Assembly (NCBI RefSeq): GCF_964355755.1
Contig: NC_092673.1
Location: 9,610,001 to 9,674,000, forward strand
Reading direction: 5' to 3'
From: Antedon mediterranea
Taxonomy: Eukaryota; Animalia; Echinodermata
Length of the DNA stretch: 64,000 nt
A program made the position numbers and the translations under genes. Below are positions 47,646 to 60,850 of the stretch, piece by piece (position 1 is the first letter of the stretch; every line of letters begins with the position of its first letter). The notes beneath the pieces were generated by a model. That model searched no databases. It was not told the origin of the DNA and worked only from the letters and a program-made list of their open reading frames with translations.

Positions 47646-50064
47646 GAATAATTCTAAATATATTTAGAAGAGCCAATGTCAAAGAGAAATGAGAAAGCAA
47701 TATTGGGAATACATAGAGAATATGATAACCCCTAAAGAAGATGAAAACACCTACCAACCCATGAAAAAGTTCTGGAAATATATAAAACATAGGAAAAATG
47801 ACTTCACTGGCGTCAGTGACATTAAAGATGATGGCAGACTAGTAACCGATGATAAAGCGAAAGCCGAGCTGCTAAATCAACAGTTTCAGTCAACATTTAT
47901 ACATGAAAGTCCTTTGACCCACACATTTCCCCTACCGAACACACGCTCATGCCAGAAGTTAACATCACAGAAGAAGGAGTCTGCAAATTGCTGAAAGAGC
48001 TGCATCCAGCAAAAGCCTCGGGACCTGACAACATAAGCCCAAGAGTGCTCCGAGAACTTGCAACAGATATATCCCCGATATTCTGTGGCTTGTTCAAGAA
48101 ATCTTTAAATACTGGGATTGTGCCTAGTGACTGGAAGAATGCAAATATTGTCCCCATCTTCAAGAAAGGCCAGCCTAGTGACAAAAGAAATTACCGACCT
48201 ATTAGCCTGACAAGTATCGCATCTAAAGTCATGGAGCACATCATCACTAGTAGTCTGATGAACCATGCAGAATTAAACACTATTCTACATTCTAAGCAGC
48301 ATGGATTTCGAGCAAGGCGGAGCTGTGAGACACAGTTGATAGAATTTGTACATGATATCACAGCAAATATGATGGACGGTCTGCAAACTGATGTTTGTAT
48401 ACTTGACATGACAAGGTTGGACACCTGCGACTGCTGTCAAAATTGGAATGGTATGGGATCAAGGGAAAAGTGCATAAGTGGATAAAGAGTTTCCTCTATG
48501 ACCGGCAACAACAAGTTGTCATTAATGGTATCATATCAAGCAGTGTGCCCGTATTATCTGGTGTCCCCCAGGGGTCAGTTATTGGTCCTTGCTTGTTCCT
48601 TTTTTATATCAATGACATAAGCTATGGTCTCAACTCTACTATCCGGTTATTTGCTGATGACACCATGATATATACCACCATTACAAGTAATACTGATAGC
48701 GGTCTCCTGCAGTCTGATCTCCACAAACTTGAAGAATGGGGTAGGACATGGCAAATGCAGTTCCACCCAGAAAAGAGTGAGCTTCTCACAATAACAAGAA
48801 AGAAGAAGAAGAAAGTAAAGCAGAAATACACCCTATGTGGAAGCGAAATAAAGAGTGTTGATGTTGCTAAATACCTTGGCGTCAACATCTCCCAAGATAT
48901 GAAGTGGAACTCCCATGTGGATGCCATAACTTCCAAGGCAGATAATGCACTCAACTTTTTGCGAAGAAACTTGTGTGTCAGGAACAAACGGATAAAAGGC
49001 CTTGCATATAAATGTTGTGTACGCCCTCTATTAGAGTATTCTAACACCGTCTGGGACCCATATAATTCCAATTTAATTGGTAAACTTGAAATGGTACAGA
49101 GAAGAGCGGCTAGATTTGCCTGCAACAACTATAAGCGCACGTCAAGTGTAACCGAAATGATGAAGGTCCTTGGTTGGGAAACCTTGGAAGAGAGGAGGAG
49201 GATAGCTCGACTATTAATGTTCCATAAGATACACTACTGCAATGTAGCAGCCGATATGAAACTGGTCATGAAAAACACCTGTAGACCCAGTCGGAGAGAG
49301 AACAGTCAATCATACCATATTCCTCACTCAACAGTTGATTATTTTAGGTATTCATTCTTTCCACGCACTGCCATCGACTGGAATCATCTACCAGATAAGG
49401 TTGTAAATTGTACTTCTATTCTGGAATTCAAAACCCATATTGTCCAAACTTAATTAAATAGGGTACCCCTTGTCACAACTTACTCTCTGGGGGTCTCTGT
49501 CTTGGTGACAGCTCGCTGGGCAACTGGATGGCTGAGGCGGGGTAAATGGGTATCCAGCTACTTTATTCTGCCTCCTAGGTAGCGGCCCAGGAAAGTGATA
49601 GCGGTTGGCACGGACGGTAGACTTCCATAGTGTTAATGTTGGGTACAGTTTACTCTTTTTTTTACTCTTTACAAGGTGTCTGAATACAATACAATTATAT
49701 AATAGATAGGATAGATCCAATAATTATATATATTCATACTAAACATGTATATATAACTTAAAAAAAAGAGATAAGGGAAAGGGAAGAAAAGAGAGAAAGA
49801 AAAGTGAAAGGAGAAGTAAGGGGAAAAAAAGAAAAGAAAAAAAAAAAAAAAAAAAATTTAAAAATTAAAAAAAATAATAATAATAATAATGATAATTAAT
49901 AATAATAATTATAAATAAATAAATAAGGCAGTCAGTTTCTCTCTGTAAAAGAATAACTAAATAGAACAATAATACACAACCAAATACAGTAGAGCTAGCA
50001 AAACAGAGTTGGAGGAGCAGAGTCTTCACATATGAAGTTGGCTCCTAATACGAAGAAGAAGAAG
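47646..50064 (+). mobile_element. 5'-truncated CR1/Jockey-group LINE with a (GAA)n tail; 3' UTR interrupted at about 49460-49930
   Basis: Motifs KASGPDNI, WKNANIVPIFKKG, NYRPISLTS, GFRARRSCETQL, GVPQGSVIGP, LFADDT, VQRRAAR and WNHLP; terminal hairpin ggagca..tgctcc followed by gaagaagaagaag. Confidence 0.92.
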
Positions 50065-50989
50065 TATCTTTACTATAAAGTACAGTTAAAGTCTTGCAAA
50101 CATCTGGCACAATATACCTTAGTATCTTTAGTTTTTCATTTTAATACAGATTAGTGATAACTTCAAAATTACCATTAATTAAAAACAGGTAGGATTTAAT
50201 CAGTTTGCTTTTTAAACTCACAAATTGTAGACATATCATTATTTTGTTATTCAATTGTTTGTAATTTACAGTACTTTAAAATGCCAACAATGTGTTCTTG
50301 TTCCTTTAGGAGCTATGACAACTTAATACTACAAGTGGTTATAATCCAAAGGTTCCTCAAGGGGCTATGATATGACAACAGAATTGTTCGCAAGAGTGCA
50401 ATCAAACTCTGTGAACACTGAAATATTTTGTGGATAATGCAATCTACTTCCGTCTATGATTCTACAATGATTGTGGAAACTAATTAAAATGATGAGAATA
50501 ATTTAATAGGATGTTGTAACTCACATTCCCATAAGAAATTATTGTGTGAACAACTCTTGAAAAACCTGACAAAACTGGCTTGCCTATAAAATGTTCAGTT
50601 TTCCAACAAGTATGACAATATATTGGGCTTTATCAGATGTTTATTGGTTTGGAAAATATGTGTTACATTATATTTTATTACAATAGGTATCCTGATGAAG
50701 CGGATTTTCATTACGGTGATTCGAAACACGTTCGTGAAATTTCTAAAAGTGACGTGTCTTTGAAGTAATTAATATACTATTTCATGTGAATAAAAATCAT
50801 ATGTCTGGAAAGATCTAGTTGAGACGTTTATTTATATGTTTTTAATCTATGTTTATTAAATATTTTAATAGAAAACGTGAGTTAAAAATGAGGTATTAAA
50901 AGCTGGCGAGCCGAAATCCGCGCGCTAAAAATAACTTTGGAAAACACCTTCCCATTTTCAAAACATGATCACGCGGCGGCCATAATACT

Positions 50990-52745
50990 CCTTGAAATAA
51001 TCCTCAAATAAATATATTTTTTTCAAAATCTGGCTAATTTAGTATTAAATTGAAGCTAACTTATATTTCTGTTTGATACAGTAAACCACATTGTTTTATT
51101 TGACTTTGCAAGGCCGTAGTGCAAATTAGAGGCCAACAAGAAAAAATGTCTGTATTTCAGTTAAATGATAATTGTTTTGACTAATTTTTTGTGAAAGTTA
51201 ATAACTATTATGATACTTCAAAATGACCCACTTTTTTTCTAAATCTTTTTTTAAAAATTTTTTTGGAATTAGTCAAAGGGACAATACATCTTTAAATTTG
51301 CTATGCAGCGGCCGTAACCCATTCTATGTAGGTGGCCGAAACGCGCTTTGGTCAGGGTTGCTGTTGTATGTATACGCTGTTTCTTGGCCCAAATTTGATT
51401 TTGTATTTCAATTTAAAGTGCACCTTATGGTTAGAATAATCGAAAAGGAAATAAAATTAAACATGTTAACATTATACTATTGAGGCTGGGCTCGCACTGG
51501 CCGATCGCCAAGTCGCCATGGGCGAAAACGTTTCCAGATTGGCAAAAAATAAAACGGCTACTTTAGCCATTTTGGCGATGACTCTTTGTTATTTCAAAAA
51601 GATGGAGATAGCAGAGGTAGACTGCACAGAGAGACAGACGTTGAACGACTACGTAGCCGACGGTCGGCTAATTACCGAGATTGTCTATTTTTCGATAGGG
51701 TGTACTTTTCAGATTAAAAAGAAACATTATAGTATCTTCGATGAATTTAATCTTATCGAAATCAAAAATGTATTCGTTATGCATTTTAGAGTCTTTCAAT
51801 TTAATGTAGTTTCCTATTTTACCCGTAATAAACTTCCCTCGTGCGTCAGTGTAAACAAAACAACGTGCGGGAAATGGTAGAGTCTAACAGGGATTTAGCT
51901 AAACACACATGTGCATCTGAGCGGGGCCGGCCGCCGGCTTCTGTGCAATTGTTGTGTAAATAAATAATATTCGGGATAAATTTTTCGCCCTGCCAGAAAC
52001 GCTTCGGCGCAGCCTTGAGGGATGGAACGAGTGTTCGTTTGCTAGGAATTTTCCTCAATATTTTTAGCATAGCCTACGATATACCGTTGTTGTACATAAT
52101 TTTGTAGGCCTAGGCCGGTGGTTCTGCACTTTCGCACCTCTTGAGCATACCCAATTTGTGACCGTGAAGTCTAGGACACGATTTTCGCCTGGTACGCGAT
52201 GGAAGCCGTCACACACAAACATGACCAGCCAAGCGTAAAAAACAAAAGTAACATAGCGTTCAGGGGATTTTAAAAAAATTTAAAATGTTTCTTATTAAAT
52301 TGATAACTGTATGAATGCTGTATGATTAAAAACAATTTGAACAATTGTTTTGATCATGTAAAAAAAATACAAAAAGAATATTATTTTTTTAATCATACAG
52401 TGATTTAGGCATGGTTCTTTATCTCAATGCCTTACAAAAATGTTCAGGGAACAGTGTATAGACCTGTTGACATAGATAAATTGATTAAAATGTTTTTACC
52501 ATTATATTTCAACAATTTTAAATTTTGGCTAAAAACCGATTCATTTGGCTAAATAATAAAATTTGACTTTAGCCATTTTGGCTATAGATAAACTGATTTG
52601 ACTAAAAAAAATATTTTGACTTTCGCCAAATGGCTAAACAAAATGAAATGTTAGTGCTACCCCAGTGAGGTAATTACTTAAATTTAAAATTCGTCTGCTT
52701 TCTTCCCGATATTTCTTAGGCAGAATTTAGCGTTATAGGGCCTAA
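50990..52745. repeat. Unclassified interspersed repeat, with reverse-orientation homologous pieces at about 63175-63440 and 63825-63905
   Basis: tttgctatgcagcggccgtaa..ccattctatgtagg.ggccgaaacgcgctttgg and ttcttcccgatatttcttaggcagaattt are matched in reverse complement. Confidence 0.75.
51486..52665. mobile_element. hAT-like MITE with a 5-bp TSD (TGAGG)
   Basis: TGAGG|ctgggctcgcact ... agtgctaccccag|TGAGG. The empty paralogous site at about 63235-63265 has a single TGAGG. Confidence 0.8.
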
Positions 52746-53468
52746 TAAACTTAACTAAACTTTAAAAATGCGCGTATATGAACACATGAGATGGAAAGAT
52801 TAGACCCACGAGAATAAAAAATGTATTTTTGTGTAATGTAATTTGTTTAATTTTGCTGACTTATTACTCGGACTGTGTCATACCTAACACACACACGTCA
52901 CACTAGAATAGACATGGGTTTTAGAGGACTAATAATTAGGCCTAATAGTATTAATAGAAACTATAATTTTAACACTTAATTCTTTAGTAATAAATTCTAT
53001 TAAAAAACTCCAAAAACTAAAGGCTGATTATTTTGACAATCCACACAAAACGCCGCTATTCTTTTATGAAATCGCACGCCGCAACCACAGCGGAGATAGG
53101 CCTAGAATCGTATCGCAGTTGTGTAATCACCTTCTTGTTGCTATACGCTTGGGTGCACACGGAGTAAGACAATTTAACTGATGAATTATTCATGTTTATT
53201 TTGTGACGTTTCATGAGGGGTCCCCAACTTATGTACGAAAAAAAAAATCGCTGGCAGCCAAGCATCATAACCACCAAACCACAGCTCCACTTTTGGTACT
53301 GTTGATGATAATAGGGAGTTTACGAAACATGAAGGGAAACCATAGGACGGTGCTCATGAATAATTTATGCATGCGCTTTAACAAAGTGGGCGGAGCTTAG
53401 CACGAACGATAAAGTTGCCATTTTCCCGTTTACGGAGAACGACTAGAAATAATGTATATATAACCTTA

Positions 53469-55165
53469 GGCGTCATCTACAAATTATTTCAGACCACAAA
53501 TCAGCGTCCAGACGCGTTTTCTATTGTTTACCCAAAAACGCGTCTCAAAACCCGTCTGATTTGGCTGCGTCTAGACGCCAATATGCATGTTCGACTATGG
53601 CCCCGCCCCTATATACGGCTGACTGCACATTGTTATACTGTGTACTGGTGTTAAACGCGCTACATGAACAAGTGAATGATATTAAATTATTATTTACAAC
53701 CGGCAGTAAGACAAACAAATCAGTACAGGTATACCCTTTTACCGCCGACAGAGTATACTGTAAAGCGCAAATTTTCGTTTCTATTTATTCGCGACCTTTT
53801 ATTTTTGCGATTTTATTTTTCTTGTGCTAAAGAGTGAATTTACCACATGCAAAAACGTTAAAGTTAACTTTTGGAACATGGAATCATTATTGACTATTGA
53901 CCTACTGTACAGAAAGAAAATACTGCAACTTTACCTACGAAGTAGCTTCGTAGGCTACGTTGTTGGCTTCGTAGGTTCCATTGTTTGGCTTCGTAACCTC
54001 AATAAACAACTTTCAATGAGCTACGTTCTGAACTTCGTAGGGAGTTCGTAACCTAAATAAACAACCCTACGATGTTCTTAGTGAAGTAAGAAAGTGTGAA
54101 ATTAATGTGTTAAATTTAACTGGCGGAGGACCAAGTTGTAAATATATAATATTTTTTAATCGTAATCGTTTCCTTCGTGCGTGTTTACCTACTCAACGGC
54201 GAATATAAATATAAATTTCCCACGATGTAAACGTAGAGACACGCGATCCAACACAGGTGAACCTCAACGAACAGGCCAACTAATAAACATATAGCGAACG
54301 TCCAGTCCATCCAGAACGATGCCGAGAAAAAAAGATCGTAAACAATTCATTCTAAATATAGTATCAGAACGTTTTCAGTCGGTCGCTCAAAAAGACTGCC
54401 GACAGAAGACCGTAATAAATACAGACCTAGTTTTTTTTGTCACATGGCATGAAACGCGATATTCTGGCGGCTGCCGTCTGACGACGATAAAACAGTAAAG
54501 ATCGTGTACCTGGATTTTGTGTCACATGACATGAAACCTAATACTCTCTCTCTCTAGCTCTAAACTGCTCACATGTTTTTCCCCTCCAAATTCTGGTCGA
54601 GCCTTTTTCTTTACACATGTGGTAATCATTTTAAAAGGCCTAGGCCCTAGGCCTATGTTAATCTTAATATGGAATATATATTTATTTTTCATATCCTAGC
54701 CTAGGCCTAGGTGTCGTTTTTATAATTCGCTAACCCAAGGTAGGAGCGTTAAATAATTTATAGGCCTAGTGTAGGCCGCTGAAACTAGGCTAGCCTAGAC
54801 TTTCTTTCTCTCTGCATGAGCTGAAGTCCACAGGCCCGATGAGACGAATTTCCGTCCAAATTAGGATAACCTAGGCCTAGTCTCAGATTGGTTGGTTCTG
54901 TGAAATGATACCAATGTTGTTTCACCATAAAATTAAAAAAAGCAATACAGACGGGTTTTAATCACTCAGACGCGTTTTCTATTGTTTTACCTACTAAACA
55001 ACGAAGACGGGTTTTAATCACACAGACGCGTCTTCGCCGCGATTGGGTAGCTCATGAATATTCATAATAGATCGTTAATGAGGTTCAGCATTGGACAGAC
55101 GCGTCTGATGGGTTGCAAGTTTTCAGACGCGTCTCTGTGGTCTGAAATAATTTGTAGATGACGCC
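53469..55165 (+). mobile_element. Complete PIF/Harbinger-type MITE
   Basis: TTA|ggcgtcatctacaaattatttcagaccaca ... tgtggtctgaaataatttgtagatgacgcc|TTA (30-bp perfect TIR), with repeated subterminal GACGCGT. Confidence 0.92.
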
Positions 55166-55667
55166 TTAAATAAACAGTTCAAATTACACTTAAACGTGAC
55201 TTTTCTAGATCTAGAAAACTCAGATATCAATATCTGACTTTTCTAGTTCCAAAATGGAACTAGAAAACTCAGATCATCATTTGATTAGTTGGTAGGTCAT
55301 TTGGATCGTTCCATTATTAATCAGCGGGTAGGTCATTTGAAATACTAGAGTATTATTAAAACTGATTACTGTGTACGTTTTCTTACTAATATTGTAACAT
55401 GTAGAAGCGGCCTACGGCTTAAATCATAAAGAAAATACAGTGCATGTTACCGTTCAAATATAGGCTTAAAAATGAGGAATGTACGAGTTGGTTGAGGTAC
55501 GAGTTAGCCAAGTTGGGAATATGTACGAGTTATTTTGGGTACGAGTTGACCACTTCTAGTCAGGTACTGTAAGACCAGGCCTACTCTTTGCGATACATCA
55601 TGATAGCGCCCACACATTGAGCCTTGAATTGAGTTGGCTAGGCCTAAATGCTAAGTCTACATTTTAA

Positions 55668-58600
55668 GAGCCATTGTCTGTAAAAATCAAAGATTTGGTG
55701 GCAGATGTAAAAAAATGGATTTCTCTCAAATTTTTACCATGAATAGACATTTCAATAAAAAGCATATCTACAACATTCATTTTAATTTTTAGCCTCCGTT
55801 GCCATGACAACGGTCAATTATCCAAATTTTGATGTTTTTGCCATTTTTCACAGATTTTCTATAGTGAAAAAGTACAAACTTGTATACTTATTTTAACCAA
55901 AAATACTTACAGTATACAGTTTTTGTTTATAGCAGTGTAAACAACATGTATTAAGTTCCATTTAATGTAGAAAAAAAATAAATTACAAAATGGAGTTTGG
56001 TTGATACCATTATTTTAAAAAGGGGTGTTTTAAAAAAATATTTTTTTTATAAAAGTATACCTCATAAATGTACCTATAACTTCCAAAGTGGTGTTTTTAA
56101 ATCAATGAGGTTTTTTAATTTGATAGTAAATAGGTGTGTAAACAATAATCACGAAAAAAACACTGGGGTAAATTTTGTACATAGGTTTTGTGTTGCCAGG
56201 AAAATACGAAAAATACAAAAAATATAACAAAATATCAACAAACAAAACACATGAAACACAATTTAAATATGGCTAATCCAATAATAAAATGTATATGTGG
56301 ATTATCATAATGCTACTAGAGTCATACAAATAGTTTAGATAAAATATGAGAATGTGTTGCCAGGTTTATTTCAATTAATTGCCAGAAAAATTGAAATATT
56401 TAGTTGATGGCAAATAATGTTAAACTTGGAAATAATTGCGTCAATGGTTTTTATAAATTTTTAAATCTATTTTGTGTAAAGAGATACAGAAAGACCTCCA
56501 AAAAAATCTGACCTTGTAAATAGGTCATTTGAGGTCAAAAGGGGTCAGAATTGCAAAACAGGACAGGTCCCCACTTTACTACAACTATTAATGTTTGATC
56601 AAAATTTACAGGATAGTTCATAACAATTCTCAACAATTTTCATATTTTACCTATAGTGTTACCTTAGCAACCATTTCTATGTGTAACTAAGGAAAGTAAT
56701 TTTTTTTAAACGTAAAAAATGGCGTTTTTATAAATACAAAGAATTGATTGCATTTGTAATTTTTCTCAATTTTACTTCTACTGCATTCCATTAATGACAA
56801 ACTTGACCTTGTAAATTCATTCATTCATTATTTATTCATTTTTTACCATAGTAACTGTTTCTATGTGAAAATTTCAAAAAAATAAGGGGTTTTTCATAAA
56901 TACAAAACATTTTTTCTACATAGTTTTACATTTCTACTTTTTGCCAAATTTACTTTAAATACTGAATCCTAATAATCTCAGAAAGAAAGTCTTGACGAAT
57001 CTGAATAAAGGTAAAAAAATGACCTTTAGTGTTATCTTAAACCTGTGTACGTAACTAATGATATTTAAAAAAAAAAATTAAATATGGAGTTTTCATGAAA
57101 AAAAAAAAAATTTACATATTGAGGTCAAATGACATCAACATTTTACCTATAGTGTATTGTAGCAACTGTTTCTATACGTAACTAAGTACAATATTTTTAA
57201 TATGGGGTTTCATGACTACAAACAATTGATTACATAGCTTTACTATCTTTTCCCAAATTCACTTATCTACTGAATCCCAGAAAATGTCTGACCTTGTGAA
57301 AGGGTCATTTGTTGGGTCAAGTTATGTCAAAATGTATTATTTATGTTATCTTAGAACCTGTTTCTATGCATAACTAAGGATAATTGTTTTTTTTAAATAC
57401 AGTTTAACCTCCCGTAAGTGGCCACCCTCGGGACCTGGAAAAGTGGCCGCTTATAATTGTAGGCCTATTATTATTTATAATCAGGTGGTTTAGTATTTTT
57501 TAGCATTTTCAGACAAATTTTAAAAACTTTTATCATATGAAAAAGGGTCGGTCAAAATCTGTGTAGTTTTCTCATCTCTTCACAGTAATGTTTTTAAAAC
57601 CTCTTCAAAATAAAGCTAATATATAAAGAAATACAATAAACATGCACCTCTAATTCATAGGTCCATGCAATAAGTATCACATTTTTTGATTGGCCGCTTA
57701 CAAAAAATCTCATTTTTTGTATAAAAAGGTGCCCCAGCTGCTTACGGTAAGCACCAAATGCACTAATTAGATAGGAAGAACAAACAGGCTTTTCAAAGTG
57801 CGTCCGTTATAAGGGAGGTGGCCGCTGTAAATAAAATATGGGGTTTTCATGAATAAAATAATCACAGAAGAAAGTGCTTACGAATATGACCTTGTGAAAC
57901 GGTAATTTGAAAATGCAAATAAGGCATGCCTGCTAATAATCTACAAATTTAAATTTGTATGAGATAAATATGCAAAATCTAAAGAATATCTCAATTTTAG
58001 TTACCATAGTAACTGTTGATATGTATAACTAAGGGAAATTAAATAAATATCAGATAATTATTAATTAATAATTAATACTGAATCCAACCATCACAGTAAA
58101 AAAATATAGAACTTAAAACCAATATTTAATAATAAAGTGTGATATTTTACATGCTGACCTTAAATGAAATGAAATTTCAAATCAGGGCTTCAATACTTGT
58201 TATGTAGCATTAACATACCATGAGTATATCATTGACTTTTGATTGGTTCTATTTTGGGGAGGGGAAAGTGGTGGATCCAGGACTTTTAAATAGTTAGGGG
58301 GTTGAAGGCGAGGGTCTAAAAACTTAACTTTATGTCCTATCTTTTGCATTGCAATTTTTAAGTTGGGGTGGGTGGGGGCTTGGAGAAAGGGGGAGGGGGT
58401 GGGATGGAGGAGTTTGAATCCGTCTATTCATTAAGGCGATACCAGCGGCAGTGTGGGTGGTGCTTGAATGCATGCATTTAACACTCTATAGTGGATGATC
58501 GACCAAAGTGTTGCAGTTTATCTTTTTGTGGTTATAGTCGGGGTGGGGGAGAGGCGGAGGGAGGGTGGTAGTCGAAAGTGGTGGTGGATGGGCATGTGGG

Positions 58601-59466
58601 ATCTGCTTAGGTTAGTAAATAAAAGAAGTAAACAAATGAAAGAGGAGCTTCAAAATAAGAGAGGAGTAATCTGTTGCAAAGATTAAAATTCACAACGATC
58701 TGATAATTTATTCAAATTTCCAGAGGATATAACCTATAAAATGACATTAAAACTGGGAATTACAGAATCTATAATTAAAACTTTATTTTTTTTCTCACAA
58801 CACAACTAGAACTATATAAAACATTAAGAATTTTTCTGACCAATGAGTTTCAAATCAAATAATCAAAGAAAATAAAATGTTTTTACTAATATACCATGTT
58901 TTTTTTTTATAAAAATGCCTATGTTTCTCGCAACACTGCTTGTAGATTTTAAATTTACCCCAGTATTTTATTTTAGAAATCAATTATTAAACATTAGAAC
59001 TACCTATTTGTAATAAATCAGCTAAAAAAATACACCACTTTGGGCGTTATGGTGAAGTAAAGTTTAGTTGCATTGAACAATTTAAAAAAAGTGAAAAACA
59101 CCCCTTTTTAAATAAATGGTATCTCCCAAAGTATGAAATAAAAAAAAATTAAAAAATTTGAAACAGGTAAACAATGTTTGTTAATTATGCATACACTAAT
59201 TATTTTTTATAATTAAATGAAGAAAACAAAAATATCGTTCATCAAAATAGTACCAATATCCATTTTAAAAAACCTTAAAAAAGGACAAAATTTGTCAAAA
59301 ACACAAATTTGGCCGTTGCCATGGAAATATACATGTGAAAAAAACAAAACTTCATATTTGATTTCTCTCAACACATATATAGCCATGTGCAAAATTTGAA
59401 AGAAATCCATTTTTTTGAGTCTGCCACTCTTTTTGATATTTCTTTGATTCTTACAGACAATGGCTC
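55668..59466. mobile_element. Kolobok-like non-autonomous element with long imperfect inverted arms
   Basis: TTAA|gagccattgtctgtaa ... ttacagacaatggctc|TTAA, with patchy mirror similarity extending about 550 bp inward. Confidence 0.85.
57400..57827. mobile_element. Small pogo-like MITE nested in the Kolobok-like element
   Basis: TA|cagtttaacctccc...gggaggtggccgctg|TA with gtggccgct repeats; a related fragment lies at about 44115-44200. Confidence 0.55.
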
Positions 59467-59569
59467 TTAAAAGGTGTATACTGTATTTCTTCGTCAGCAG
59501 TCGTAGGCTGCTACTACAAGTTACAATAATTATTATTATTAGTAAGAAAACATATAATACTGTGTAGTA

Positions 59570-60850
59570 CAGTCAACTCTCCCAATACCGGACACCCTTG
59601 GGCGGGCATATATTTTCCCGTTTTTTGAAAGTCCGGTTTCCTTAAGACATATTCAGTTGTCACTGAAAAAGCTTTGAATCACCGGACCGAATGCTGCCCG
59701 GTACGTTCTAGCGTAGGGAAGGCCTAGGCTATGATTGTGTCAAGCTAGTTTTAATTAAATAAATACTGATAGGCCTAGGCCTACTTTATTAATATTAAGC
59801 GAATTCAATTTACCTTTTTTAAAAGTTACATTATTTACTGTACCAATAAAATATGTTACAGTAGTAAATTATTGTTTCTCAACGTGTTTTTAACGGCAAA
59901 AAGGCCTACGTACGTACGGTGAACATAATTTCGGTCTGTTTATTGTTTTTCGCGAGCTAGCAAGCAGCAGCAGCATGGGTGATAAAAATAGCAAAGCGGG
60001 GCTTTGATTGATGCGCATGTGCAGAGGTGTCATAATCAAATAAAAACGCCCACACCTAGACCACATGTTTTTTAAGCTCCTTTATTTTGACGTAATTTGA
60101 TAACAATGATCAAAATTGATTAGGTAAACGAGCCAAGCAATAATGACACAATAATTAATTGGTAACATTTCAAAGTTTATTAACACTAGTTAAGTCAAGT
60201 TCATTCCGTTTACGTTTTGCCATAATGATTTCCAAATTTATAATGATGCACATTTTTAGTGAAACATTCCTTTTTAAAGTCCTATTGCAATTGTGAATTT
60301 AACAATAATTTAAACAAAACAAAGACACAAAGTGGAATGTAAATTGAACTTTATTAAAAAACAATTCATATGCTAAAAACAATAGACATTAAGACATAGC
60401 GCTTCGATGTGAAAAAGCCCACCGCAGTTCGATACGCAACAAAGCAATTGCCGCCTCGTGGGTTAACAATGAACTGACCTGTCAATCACAGTGTAGCGCT
60501 CCATGACAACATTATTTGATCGTACCGCGAAACGTCGCGCACTTCATGCATGGTCAGGGTATGGTTAAAAGCTTTTGTACATTGTGAATGTATTGAATCC
60601 GAGTCAGATACGACGATGTTACGTTGTTTTCGTAGATATTTGGAGTTTTTTAACTGTCATCAGTCCGGTTTTCAGATGCTAATTTTCGTGTTTTGTACTT
60701 CATAATTTGTCCGGATTCCGGAATTGGGTATTCCGGTTTTCATAATAAATTACAGTACATTTAGAATAGGGACAAATTTGGCCCTCCAAAAAAGTCCGGT
60801 TTTTCGTGAATTCCGGTTTTGGAAGAGTCCGGTATTGGGAGAGTTGACTG
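59570..60850 (-). mobile_element. Second pogo/Tigger-type copy, inverted relative to 22309-23628
   Basis: Same TIRs and TA TSD; nearly identical in reverse complement. Confidence 0.92.

Noticed and set aside
50526-50566. Exon-like segment on the minus strand (gtcag/.../gtgagt)
   Set aside because: No frame resembles IMP3 or any protein I recognise.
50688-50737. Hammerhead-like CTGATGA...GAAAC
   Set aside because: No convincing stem II or stem I.
54833-54862. Hammerhead-like ccgatga-gacg..cgtc-caaa
   Set aside because: Two invariant core positions are wrong.
58255-58600. G-rich, G-quadruplex-prone stretch
   Set aside because: Low-complexity sequence inside a non-autonomous element, with no evidence of function.
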